This document shows positions 1 to 8,916 of a stretch of DNA of 64,000 nucleotides, in pieces. The stretch's first letter is position 1. Each line of letters starts with the position of its first letter. Made by a program: the position numbers and the translations under genes. The notes below the pieces were generated by a model, which was given only the letters and a program-made list of their open reading frames with translations, had not been told where the DNA came from and searched no databases. This DNA is from Bacteroidota bacterium (GTDB taxonomy: Bacteria > Bacteroidota > Ignavibacteria > UBA10030 > BY39): the NCBI GenBank assembly GCA_030682385.1, contig JAUXOG010000075.1:1825-65824 (forward strand). Direction: 5' to 3'.

Positions 1-2751
1 TTCTGAAACTAGAAAATGTGTGTATGGCATATCACCAGAGAACTGTCGCATGAAACATAATGAAATGTTTTCTTTCAACATCTGATCCATATATTCAGGT
101 CTTCCCCAATCAACCATTTTAGGAGTATAATAAATATCTCTCACATCGAACGGTCTATATAGAATCTTTTGCCAGTACGTATCCCAATCATTATCCTTAG
201 ACAAATCAAATCTTGCCTCTTTCAACTTCCAACCTCTTGTGTCTTTCAGCTTGAATGTTTTTTCAATTATTTCATCGCTTATAGAAAGATTTCGGAATTG
301 TCTTATCCTGTTTTCAATTTCCTTTTTTTCGACACCGATAACAAAAGAATCCCGTGCTGTAACAATACCGGTTACGTTCACCGGAAAAATTTTATTAATC
401 TTATCCCACTCAAGGTAACCCTTTATCTTATCCGTATCACGCGGAATGAAAAAGTACCAAGGAGAACCGGGTTTCAATCTATTATAAAGTTTTGCCTTCA
501 GTGTATATTTACTTAGCCATTTATATTTTACTTCCCTTAAACCAAACAACTCTGAATGAAAAACTTTTGCCGGAGTTTTTAGCGGAATAATTCCGCGAAC
601 AATTATTGACTTCTTTTTAATGAATAATGCAATAGCAACACCCTGGCGTATATCAAAAACGTTTTCATCTTTGCCTCCTCCTGCCTGCCGCGCCATAAGT
701 CGCCCTGCCTCATACTCTCTTTTTAGCCATTTTCTACCAAAACCAGTCTTTAAATTCGATTCCCTTGAAACAGATTCTTCTCTGCTACTAAGTTCTTCTA
801 AGTGTATTATTTTAATCGGTAGCCGTGATTTTGTCCACGAAACTTCGCCTTTCAAATGCTCGTCAAATCTACGCCTTATATTATCTGTCTGCCCGATATA
901 AAAACTTTCATCTTTACATTTCAGAACATAAACCCAAAACGACCCTGAACGCGGCGCAGGCAGGTCGGGTGTAATTTCTTTTTTATTGCTGTTGCCGTGA
1001 AGGTCAAGAATGTAAATCTCATTGAAAGTATTCATCAAACTTTGGCGCATACCCCGGAACGTGGGGTTATCGAGATAGCTGTGATTTGTAATCATTCCAA
1101 CAATTCCAAACCCGGCTTTATGAATTTTCCATTGAGCAAAGCGTAGAAACTTCACATAATCATCTTGCAGCCAAAGTTTCTTTTCGCCAAGAGGTTTGTC
1201 ATCAACTTTATAATAACTCAGCGCACCGTCAAGATCTTCCTTTAGTAATTTTTCAGTCCAGTCGTTTATGTTAGAAGAAATTCCGCTGTAGGGTGGATTG
1301 CCGAGTATTACAAGCACCGGCTGATTCTTTTTCACTTCGGCGGCAAGATGGCTTTCTTCACTCAAAGAACTTAGTCCGGGTATGCTAATCTGTTCAAGGT
1401 CTTCGGTCTCAAGAGTATTTGTGAGATAGAGTTTAAATCTTTCATCATTTTTTAACGGATAACCGAGTTCTTCAAACAGAAAGCCCATCTTCAAATGTCC
1501 GATTGCATAAGGCGCCATCATCAATTCAAATGCATAAAAGTTTTGCAGTATTTGCCCCCTTAATAATTGACCATCCACTCCGCCTTCGCCGTAATTGGAA
1601 CTATATTCTTCGACCGCAATTTTAATTGCCTCAGCAGGAAAAGTTAATGTTCCGCCCGCAGGATCCAGTAGCGTAACATTCTCGTTTGCCAAACCATCAT
1701 AAAGATCAAAATGGGTTTTAAGTATTTGGTTAATCGAACGTACTATGTAACCCACTACCGGTTCCGGTGTATAATAAACTCCCCGCTTCTCTCTGATTGA
1801 AGGATCGTACGCCGTAAGAAAGGTTTCGTAAAAATGAATAATTGGGTCTTTACCTTTTCCTTCGGTGTAATAATCGTGCAGTATTTTTTTTACGTCTGTT
1901 ACTTTCAATACTTCAGTTATATCTTCTATTATTATCTGCAAAGATTTTGGGGGATCGCCCAAAGAGATAAAACGGAAAACATCTTTCAATATTCCGATTG
2001 TATTTGGAATAAATTTGAAAGCAAGCTCACGATTGAAGTCGCTATTCGCGCGAGTTCTTGCTGCAAAAAGTCCGTAAGTCAGTGTTTGCGAATAGAGATC
2101 GGCGAATTGTTCTTTCGTTAGAGTTCCGATTAAATACTTTTTAAAAGCTTCATAAAAACCGAGTATAGTTTTTCTGCCGGTTTTTTCTTCTTCTTCTAAC
2201 TCGATACTAACGACTTCATCTTTTAGGAAACGAGTTCTTTTTGCTAACTCGACTGCTAATGTTTTAGCGCTATTAATTTTCGGTAGAGAAAAAGAAAAGA
2301 AAAGATTCAGTAAATCGTAAAACTCGTTTTCATTCTCGACAGGGGGTGCTGTTTGAAGTTTTCGAGCTATTTTAGACCTGCCGATGGATGTTTTTGCAAT
2401 TAGTTCACCATCGCGGTATAGTCGAAACTCATAAAAATTTGTGAGAATAATATTTGGAAAAGTGTTCAGATAGCGTTGAAGCTGTCCTGTGTCTTCGATG
2501 TAGCTGAGGTTTTCGACGGATGGTTCTTTTGCTTCGATGTAGCCGGTGATATGATTTTTTCCGTCCCAAACTCTGAAATCGGGATTTCCCGCATCTGTCT
2601 TTTTTGGAAGGATGGTAATATCAACGTTCTTGATTTTGTTAGCAACAGCAAAATCTAAAAGAAGTTTTTCAAGATGTTTATAGAAACTTTCTTCACGCGC
2701 ATTACCTTTGTTAATAGTGTGCTGAAGATTTTCTAAGTAATTTTTTAACAA
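1..2751 (-). CDS. Single-polypeptide restriction-modification enzyme (N-terminal PD-(D/E)XK nuclease + N6-adenine methyltransferase + Type ISP-like C-terminal specificity domain), 3' end outside window; contains in-frame GIY-YIG insertion
   Basis: Absent from the ORF track, presumably because it runs off the window edge. Segments hand-translated from TTG at 2751 are all in one frame: MLKNYLENLQHTINKGNAREESFY...GNPDFRVWDGKNHITGYIEAK (PD..ExK), RGVYYTPEPVV, LLDPAGGTLTF (motif I), VILGNPPYSG (motif IV), YLDNPTFRGMR, DLHGNS, KDENVFDIRQG, LYRPFDVR. Confidence 0.9.
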   Translation of the reverse strand, partial: MLKNYLENLQHTINKGNAREESFYKHLEKLLLDFAVANKIKNVDITILPKKTDAGNPDFRVWDGKNHITGYIEAKEPSVENLSYIEDTGQLQRYLNTFPNIILTNFYEFRLYRDGELIAKTSIGRSKIARKLQTAPPVENENEFYDLLNLFFSFSLPKINSAKTLAVELAKRTRFLKDEVVSIELEEEEKTGRKTILGFYEAFKKYLIGTLTKEQFADLYSQTLTYGLFAARTRANSDFNRELAFKFIPNTIGILKDVFRFISLGDPPKSLQIIIEDITEVLKVTDVKKILHDYYTEGKGKDPIIHFYETFLTAYDPSIREKRGVYYTPEPVVGYIVRSINQILKTHFDLYDGLANENVTLLDPAGGTLTFPAEAIKIAVEEYSSNYGEGGVDGQLLRGQILQNFYAFELMMAPYAIGHLKMGFLFEELGYPLKNDERFKLYLTNTLETEDLEQISIPGLSSLSEESHLAAEVKKNQPVLVILGNPPYSGISSNINDWTEKLLKEDLDGALSYYKVDDKPLGEKKLWLQDDYVKFLRFAQWKIHKAGFGIVGMITNHSYLDNPTFRGMRQSLMNTFNEIYILDLHGNSNKKEITPDLPAPRSGSFWVYVLKCKDESFYIGQTDNIRRRFDEHLKGEVSWTKSRLPIKIIHLEELSSREESVSRESNLKTGFGRKWLKREYEAGRLMARQAGGGKDENVFDIRQGVAIALFIKKKSIIVRGIIPLKTPAKVFHSELFGLREVKYKWLSKYTLKAKLYNRLKPGSPWYFFIPRDTDKIKGYLEWDKINKIFPVNVTGIVTARDSFVIGVEKKEIENRIRQFRNLSISDEIIEKTFKLKDTRGWKLKEARFDLSKDNDWDTYWQKILYRPFDVRDIYYTPKMVDWGRPEYMDQMLKENISLCFMRQFSGDMPYTHFLVSE
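680..964 (-). mobile_element. 285-bp in-frame element: inverted-repeat ends CCTGCCTGC / GCAGGCAGG enclosing a GIY-YIG endonuclease domain
   Basis: Perfect 9-bp IR at 680-688 and 956-964, extendable by CGCG with a 2-nt bulge. Translation LPAPRSGSFWVYVLKCKDESFYIGQTDNIRRRFDEHLKG...SREESVSRESNLKTGFGRKWLKREYEAGRLMARQAG. Excision leaves ...KKEITPEGGKDENVFDI... in frame. Confidence 0.8.
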
Positions 2752-2864
2752 AGATAAACCTTTAAATGATTGTTAATTCTCTCAATTTTTCAGTTAGTCA
2801 GCTGGCTAAAAACTAACAAAAAATTGATTTACTTCCAATATCATTCGTTATCCTTGATTATCGG

Positions 2865-4025
2865 TCAAGATTTTAATTTCCGTCTTAACTCATTTTCAGT
2901 TGGTAAAGTCAATTTATATTTGGAAGCAAACACCTTATTGTCTAAACCACCTAAAATGTATTTTGCAAATAAATCATCTTTCTTTGCACAAAGAATAAGC
3001 CCTATCGGATTGTTCTCATCTTCTTGTTTTTCATTCTCTTTGAAGTAGTTCAAATAAAAATTCATCTGACCTACATCTGCGTGGTCAAGGTCGCCTGTTT
3101 TTAAATCGATTAATACAAAGCATTTCAGCAGACGATTATAAAATACCAAATCAATGTAATAATGGCGATTGGCAATTGTTATTCTTTTCTGGCGGGCAAC
3201 AAATGTGAAACCCTTTCCAAGTTCCAATAAAAAATACTGGAGTTTATCGATAAGTGTTTGCTCTAATTGGCTTTCGGTATAAGCTGACTCTTCCTTAAGA
3301 TTAAGAAATTCTAAAATATAAGGGTCCTTTATTGCGTCTTCTGGTTTTTCTAAAATTTGTCCCTTTTTTGCTATTTTCATTACGGCTTTGGTATCTTTAC
3401 TGAGAGTCAATCTTTCAAAAAGCATTGAATTTATTTGCCTCTTAAGTTCTCTGACCGACCAGTTGTTCTGGAACGCTTCTTTTTCATAGAATGAACGAGC
3501 AAGTGGCTCTTCTACTTTTAGCAACTCGCAATAATGCGACCATGAAAGTATCGGTTTGAATTGAAAAGAAAGTGTCGGACGAATTTCAGATTTCCTTGAT
3601 AATACCTGAGATTTATTTCCCTTGATGAATTTCGCAGACAGTGTCTGAGTTTTTTCAGACATCTTCTTGGTTACTCTTGTTGGTATTTGAAATTTTTGTT
3701 TCTCTAAAGATTCGTCAGACAGCGTCTGACGAATTGGGAATGATTGATAAAAAAGCCTCATCATTTTTAAATTTGTTGATGAAAAACCTCTCCCAAATTT
3801 TTGTAACATATCTTTTGACAATCGCTCTATCAAACGCTCACCATATTCTCCGTGTATTCTCCCTTTCTGTTCAAACTCAACAATTTCTTTTCCGATCTCC
3901 CAATATGCTAATACTTGGGTTTGGTTTATTTCTCTAACGACTTTCCTTCTTGCGTCAGATAAAATCGAAGCGATTCGTTTGAAGAGGTTATCATAAATTT
4001 TGGGAACGATTCTTTTATATTTCAT
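2865..4025 (-). CDS. YhcG/DUF1016 family PD-(D/E)XK nuclease-domain protein
   Basis: YWEIGKEI, LSWSHYCELL, WSVRELKRQI, KDPYILEFL, FLLELGKGFTFVARQKRI, IDLVFYNRLLKCFVLIDLK, GQMNFY are family signatures; directly upstream of the R-M gene. Confidence 0.93.
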   Translation of the reverse strand: MKYKRIVPKIYDNLFKRIASILSDARRKVVREINQTQVLAYWEIGKEIVEFEQKGRIHGEYGERLIERLSKDMLQKFGRGFSSTNLKMMRLFYQSFPIRQTLSDESLEKQKFQIPTRVTKKMSEKTQTLSAKFIKGNKSQVLSRKSEIRPTLSFQFKPILSWSHYCELLKVEEPLARSFYEKEAFQNNWSVRELKRQINSMLFERLTLSKDTKAVMKIAKKGQILEKPEDAIKDPYILEFLNLKEESAYTESQLEQTLIDKLQYFLLELGKGFTFVARQKRITIANRHYYIDLVFYNRLLKCFVLIDLKTGDLDHADVGQMNFYLNYFKENEKQEDENNPIGLILCAKKDDLFAKYILGGLDNKVFASKYKLTLPTENELRRKLKS

Positions 4026-4028
4026 ATA

Positions 4029-6815
4029 TCACCACTCCACTGTGCGACTTGTTCCCCAGCCCGGGCCTAACAACATGCTGTTTAAAAATAATCTTTCGGT
4101 TCCATGAAAATATCCTCTAAAATTCGGTTCTCCGGCAAACAAAATTATCTGTCCGCTGCCCATTGATTCACGTGTAATGTATGCTGTTCTCTGCCAGCGT
4201 TCCTTCGCTTCGGGCCACAGAAGGCCAGATATACGAAGATTTTTATAATCAGCAAAGCGGGCGGGTGTTTGTACCGGACTTTTTGACAAAAAGGAATTCG
4301 ATGTGAACATTATTGCTGAAGCTTTTTTCCCTAAACCAAATGTGAGCCAGTGTTCTTCATCCAAATCTACCGACATTATTGCGCCGCGAGGCATAAACAA
4401 ACGCATAAACTCATCCTGACGTTCGAGGTTTTTTATATCCGGGGGTGTTGGTTTTTTCTCTTCCGGTTTTTTTTCAATTTCTGTATTACTCCAAATTTTT
4501 GCACTATCAATTTTAATATTTTCAGATTTTATTTCTGCTGCATTGGCTTCATCGTACAAACTAAGTTCATTCAAAGCTTGGTGTTGTAATCGAACTTTAC
4601 TCATCCCCGAAGAAGTATCTGCGAGAAATGCTGCAGCGTTTCCGATACCAATCAAAGTACCGCCATTCTCGACCCACTTTTTAATCTTACCTATTCCGTC
4701 TTTACCGAGTATTTGATTATAAGTTTGAGGACTGTTTGACGAAGGAAAAATCAGAACATTATATTTTCTCAAATCATAATTAGCGAGACCTTCGGCTGTT
4801 ATGATGCTTATGCGCTGCTTTAATCTGTAATCCAAAAGATGCCACAAAGTAGAAAAACTTCCCATACTAATTTGCCCGCTTGTAACTAAAGCGGTTCGCG
4901 GATATTCTAATAACACAAAATCGTTACCGCCTAAATCGGATCCTTTTGTGCTGAGTGCTGTATTTACACTGTAAATAGTAATGCCGGTTGTCTTTGCTAT
5001 ATTTTGAATATGTTCTGTGAGTGTTACTGGATTTTCAATCAGCCGCAATAAAATCGTGCCTCTTGAAAACGATTTACCTTCAATCTCAAAAGTTTCTTTT
5101 GCTGAACGGACTTTGTATCCCTTTTCCAGTAAACTTGCTAATGCGCTAACAGCGGCATCGTCGTAATATTCGAATAAATACCCGTAAGCCGGTTTTGGAT
5201 TCAAAACTTCTCCGGTTTTTGTTGGTATGTTTTTAATTTGAGTTAACGAACCGGTTATCTTTTTATCAGTACAATAACTTTCAACTCCATAAGCAATCGG
5301 CAGCGACCAAGCCATAACATCATACATCTCCGATTGTTTGTTTTTCTCCAATTTTTTTCTCTCTTTCTCGAGAGTTTCAGTATCCATACGCGGGTCAAAT
5401 TCTAAAATCGTTTTTGCAAGCCGCCCCATCGGTTGATCAAGATTTATGATGTATGTTCCTTTGGGTAGAACATTTTTTGCAGGTTTCGTATTCCAATAAC
5501 TACGCAAATTCTCGACTTCAATATCTTTGTCGGTAATGCTAACTTCGATATTTTGCTTTAATAATTTATCAATCAGATTATTCGAGCGGGTTAAATTTTT
5601 ACCGGGTAGGATTATGTAACTATATGGCTCACCTTTTTTAATTACCATATCTTTTTTCCGGGATACGAAAAATTCTCTCAATAATTCCTTCCGATTGTTT
5701 GAAGCTGTTGTGAGATTTGCAAAAGAACTCACAAATTGCTGATGAACAGCTTTGTGAAATGTTAGGATAGTACCGTCGGGGCGTTTAACTATCGATCCGT
5801 CTGTTTGTGCCTGCTCGTACAAAATTCCGATTGCACCGATGTAAAGCGACCAGCCGCTGCCGTAACCGGGATACCACTCGTCGTTCCACTCGCGAGTGTA
5901 ATAATTCCAACCATATTTATCGAATGCTTTCGCCTGATCTTTAGCAAAAGTGTTTCGCCATTTGAAATTGAATTCATTCATATTCGGATTGAACGGAGGA
6001 CCTGCCGGCGAGAAAAGATACGTGTCGTACGAACCCATCTCGTGTGCGTCGACGAGAAGCTGCGGGTTCCATTTTAAAACAGTTTGCACGCGTGCCTTTG
6101 ATTCAGGATGTACAAGCAAAAACCAATCGCGGTTCATATCGAACAAATAATGATTGCCGCGTCCCCAGGGCCAAGCTCCTGTATGCTGAATTGTCTGTGC
6201 GTCCGAATTTACAACTTCGCCCTGCCATTGCTGCATTTGTGCTAAATAGCGTTCTCGTCCATCCGGGTTTTCCATCGGGTCAATTAAAATTATCAATTCA
6301 TTTTTTAGTTTGATTGTGGTTTCATCTGTTCCTGCTGCAAGTTGATATGCTAACTGCACTGCGGCATCGAGACTCGAAAGCTCGTCGCCGTGTATTCCAT
6401 AAGCCATCCACGCAATCGCGAGTGTTGTTTCGATGAGTGTCAGGGCTTCTTTATCGGATGAAATTTTTCTCGGGTCTGCAAGTTTTGAAATTGAATTTTG
6501 AATTTCATTTAACATCTTAAAATTATTTTCTGAAGTTATAATGAGATGGTAAAGCGAGCGACCCTCATAAGTTTTACCAAATTCTATAAGTTGAACCTCG
6601 TTCGATTTTTCATCAAGTATTTTTAAGTAATTAACAATTGCGTCGTATCGGGTTGGTTTACTTCCAATTGGAAACCCTAAAATAGATTCAGGTGTGGGAA
6701 TATTGTTATTGTAAGTTCCTTGAGGATAGAATGGAATTACTTGTTCTTGTGTGAAGAGATTTGAAGCCGATAGAAAAATGAGAACAAACATAACGAAGAA
6801 TAAATATCGTGACAT
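4029..6815 (-). CDS. Secreted M14 family zinc carboxypeptidase with C-terminal class I glutamine amidotransferase-like region
   Basis: Signal peptide; IHGDE (HxxE zinc motif), NPDGRER, DMNRDW, VDAHEMG. Start placed at MSRYLFF (6815). Confidence 0.85.
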   Translation of the reverse strand: MSRYLFFVMFVLIFLSASNLFTQEQVIPFYPQGTYNNNIPTPESILGFPIGSKPTRYDAIVNYLKILDEKSNEVQLIEFGKTYEGRSLYHLIITSENNFKMLNEIQNSISKLADPRKISSDKEALTLIETTLAIAWMAYGIHGDELSSLDAAVQLAYQLAAGTDETTIKLKNELIILIDPMENPDGRERYLAQMQQWQGEVVNSDAQTIQHTGAWPWGRGNHYLFDMNRDWFLLVHPESKARVQTVLKWNPQLLVDAHEMGSYDTYLFSPAGPPFNPNMNEFNFKWRNTFAKDQAKAFDKYGWNYYTREWNDEWYPGYGSGWSLYIGAIGILYEQAQTDGSIVKRPDGTILTFHKAVHQQFVSSFANLTTASNNRKELLREFFVSRKKDMVIKKGEPYSYIILPGKNLTRSNNLIDKLLKQNIEVSITDKDIEVENLRSYWNTKPAKNVLPKGTYIINLDQPMGRLAKTILEFDPRMDTETLEKERKKLEKNKQSEMYDVMAWSLPIAYGVESYCTDKKITGSLTQIKNIPTKTGEVLNPKPAYGYLFEYYDDAAVSALASLLEKGYKVRSAKETFEIEGKSFSRGTILLRLIENPVTLTEHIQNIAKTTGITIYSVNTALSTKGSDLGGNDFVLLEYPRTALVTSGQISMGSFSTLWHLLDYRLKQRISIITAEGLANYDLRKYNVLIFPSSNSPQTYNQILGKDGIGKIKKWVENGGTLIGIGNAAAFLADTSSGMSKVRLQHQALNELSLYDEANAAEIKSENIKIDSAKIWSNTEIEKKPEEKKPTPPDIKNLERQDEFMRLFMPRGAIMSVDLDEEHWLTFGLGKKASAIMFTSNSFLSKSPVQTPARFADYKNLRISGLLWPEAKERWQRTAYITRESMGSGQIILFAGEPNFRGYFHGTERLFLNSMLLGPGWGTSRTVEW

Positions 6816-6890
6816 AGTTATGACCTTTATTGATGATTGATGTTGAAATAATAACAAAAGTAAGTATTAATTACAAGGATTAGGAAAAAA

Positions 6891-6977
6891 GTGATTAGTG
6901 TTGATTAGTGAGATTAGTGGCAATCTTTTTCGCCACGAACCCGCCTGCCGTCGGGCAGGTTACACTAATAACACGAA
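6891..6977. repeat. Intergenic ATTAGTG/ATTCGTG-type repeat (hairpin TAGTGGC...GCCACGAA) carrying a 20-bp palindromic insert at 6940-6959
   Basis: gtgattagtg ttgattagtg agattagtggc ... gccacgaa[cccgcctgccgtcgggcagg]ttacactaataacacgaa; related copies at 10311-10366, 10766-10812 and 53724-53834. Confidence 0.85.
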
Positions 6978-6978
6978 A

Positions 6979-7431
6979 CTATTTTGGGTATTTGCCGATT
7001 AATTTCCAGACGCCGCGGTGTAAGCGGTGGAAAAAAGCCGCCGGTTCAGCGAACATTAAGATACACTCGCCATAAATAACATTGACATTCTGTTCTTTGC
7101 AGAAACGTATTGCTTCATCCGACTCAGCTCCTTGCTGTATCCAGATTTTCTGGATTCCAACACTGGAAGCTTCGCGAACAACTTTTTCAGTTTCCACCGG
7201 TTTTGTAATCACAAGCACACCGTCAACTTTTTCGGGGAGCGATTGAAGATTAGGATAACAGCGTTCATCCAAGATATTGTCTCCCTTTGGATTTACGGGA
7301 AATTCCTGATATCCCTTCGCTTTTAATTCTTTGTAAACGATATTTGAAAACTTTTTCCCTGTGTGTGAAACGTCGACGACAGCTAATTTCTTCTGAGAAA
7401 GGAATTCTTGTATAGATATTTGAGTTGACAT
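6979..7431 (-). CDS. CoA-binding domain protein (YccU/CoA_binding_2-like), possibly degenerating
   Basis: KKLAVVDVS...YQEFPVNPK...CYPNLQSLPEKVDGV...IWIQQGAES...GECILMF. Start at MSTQISI (7431). The usual AVVG glycine reads as D. Confidence 0.8.
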   Translation of the reverse strand: MSTQISIQEFLSQKKLAVVDVSHTGKKFSNIVYKELKAKGYQEFPVNPKGDNILDERCYPNLQSLPEKVDGVLVITKPVETEKVVREASSVGIQKIWIQQGAESDEAIRFCKEQNVNVIYGECILMFAEPAAFFHRLHRGVWKLIGKYPK

Positions 7432-7441
7432 TTTGAATCTA

Positions 7442-7687
7442 TCATTCGGTTGATGAAGATGAGTCGATTTTAAAATCATCGCTTTCCAATATTTCGCTCG
7501 CTCTTTTTGAATCATCCTCATTAACAAATAATTTTACCCCTTGGTAGGAATAGTTCCCTGTTATTACGCGGCCTAAATCGTCAGAAGAGATGATTGAATC
7601 AATTTCATAAATTGCGAGATAATTTTTTATCATCTCGGCTTCAAATCGGCTATTACATATTTTGATGCAAGTTAATTTGTTGATCAT
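7442..7687 (-). CDS. DUF2007-like putative signal transducing protein
   Basis: FEAEMIKNYL..I.SII...GVKLFVNEDDSKRASEIL pattern; 81 aa. Confidence 0.7.
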   Translation of the reverse strand: MINKLTCIKICNSRFEAEMIKNYLAIYEIDSIISSDDLGRVITGNYSYQGVKLFVNEDDSKRASEILESDDFKIDSSSSTE

Positions 7688-7696
7688 AGGTTTATC

Positions 7697-7834
7697 TCAC
7701 TGATTTTTTTTTTCATCAATCCATAGTTTAATCAAATCAAGAGCCGCTTGTTTGGCGCCCTCGATACCAAATCCGTGTGTAGTTAGATCGAGTGTTGGCA
7801 GGTGGGCGTAATAATAACCATCCGGAAAATTCAT
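7697..7834 (-). pseudogene. Truncated HicB-like antitoxin fragment
   Basis: Hand translation MNFPDGYYYAHLPTLDLTTHGFGIEGAKQAALDLIKLWIDEKKNQ* resembles the HicB N-terminal fold motif; only 45 aa. Confidence 0.55.
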
Positions 7835-7957
7835 TTATATTATACAAAAATCATTTAATAGTCACAAAGCACATGCGATTTTAGGCGTGGATGTTATGCT
7901 TATTGCAGACGGATTTGTTTGATAATAATGCGGATAGTAGGGAATCCCGAACTTGAT

Positions 7958-8619
7958 TCAGGGCTGCCTGTGTTGAGCCGCATGTCTTGCCTTATTTATT
8001 CTTTGAAAAAGAGTATAAATATATGGTCGAGTATCTCCCGAAGGCATTTGATACAGATAAGAAAAATATTTCAGCAACTTAAAATCATTACCTAAAAATT
8101 CTTCGATCATCCGGTGATCGTAATTCTTCACATCAAGACCACTGCATTTTTTTGCCCCTTCAAGAGAAAATACTCCAATAATTACAAAACCATCTTTCCT
8201 AACAAGTTTTTTTAATGTTTCAAGATATCCTTTTTGTTGGTTTTCTTCGATTAAAAAATGCAGGCCTGTTCTGTCGTGCCAAATATCAACACTTTTGATT
8301 TGTAATATATTTTTTGGATTTGTAATATCATCTACAATCCATCTAATTTTATCAGCGTCTTTAGCGTCTATCAATTTCTTCGCTCGAGCCAGCGCTGTTT
8401 CGCTAATGTCAGTAGCAACGATGTTTAAGTAAGAATCCTCTACCAAATTCTTAATTAATGTATCGCACCGGAACCAACATCTAAAATTGTAGCGTCCTTG
8501 TTAAGGTTACAACTTCTTATTAAATCTAAAGACGGTTGAGGAGTTTCTTCGTACCATCCGAGTTTGTTTATTTCATTTTTTGAATAAACATTATCCCAAT
8601 GATTTTTATAATCTATCAT
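7958..8619 (-). pseudogene. Class I SAM-dependent methyltransferase, frameshifted near 8460
   Basis: 5' part MIDYKNHWDNVYSKNEINKLGWYEETPQPSLDLI...ILDVGSGA then stop. It continues in another frame as TLIKNLVEDSYLNIVATDISETAL...IWHDR...KCSGLDV (ORF 7958-8446). Confidence 0.8.
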
Positions 8620-8855
8620 AATTAGGTGTTTTCAAGTTGGGTTTTTCTTTATTAAACAGGAATTCAATATCGAATTATTATCCAAAATATATTATTTAAA
8701 AAATTCAAACTCAAATTTTAGATTCGTCTGTAAAACCTTGAAATTCAGTCTGTCCAAAGGTGTATTACCTCTTTTTGCTTCTCTCCCTACCTTTTACTAA
8801 ATTTGAATCGTTACTCGTAAATCGTTAGTCGTTAATCAGCAATCACAAATCCCTG

Positions 8856-8884
8856 CCCGCCGAAGTCTGCAGGACGTAGGCGGG
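8856..8884. repeat. GC-rich palindrome CCCGCCGAAGTC-TGCAG-GACGTAGGCGGG within a heptamer tandem tract (AAATCAT)n upstream of glmM
   Basis: CCCGCC/GGCGGG arms; flanked by aatcagc aatcaca and aaatcat aaatcat aaatcat. Confidence 0.75.
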
Positions 8885-8916
8885 TGAAATCATAAATCAT
8901 AAATCATAAATCTAAA

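Noticed and set aside
680-964. Interpreting the GIY-YIG insertion as an intein, group I intron or IS
   Set aside because: No Cys/Ser start or His-Asn end, no space for splicing domains or a ribozyme core, and no transposase or target duplication.
169-2658. Short ORFs in the track (169-516, 620-901, 1834-2121, 2466-2651, 2476-2658)
   Set aside because: All are antisense or off-frame shadows of the long minus-strand R-M gene that the track missed.
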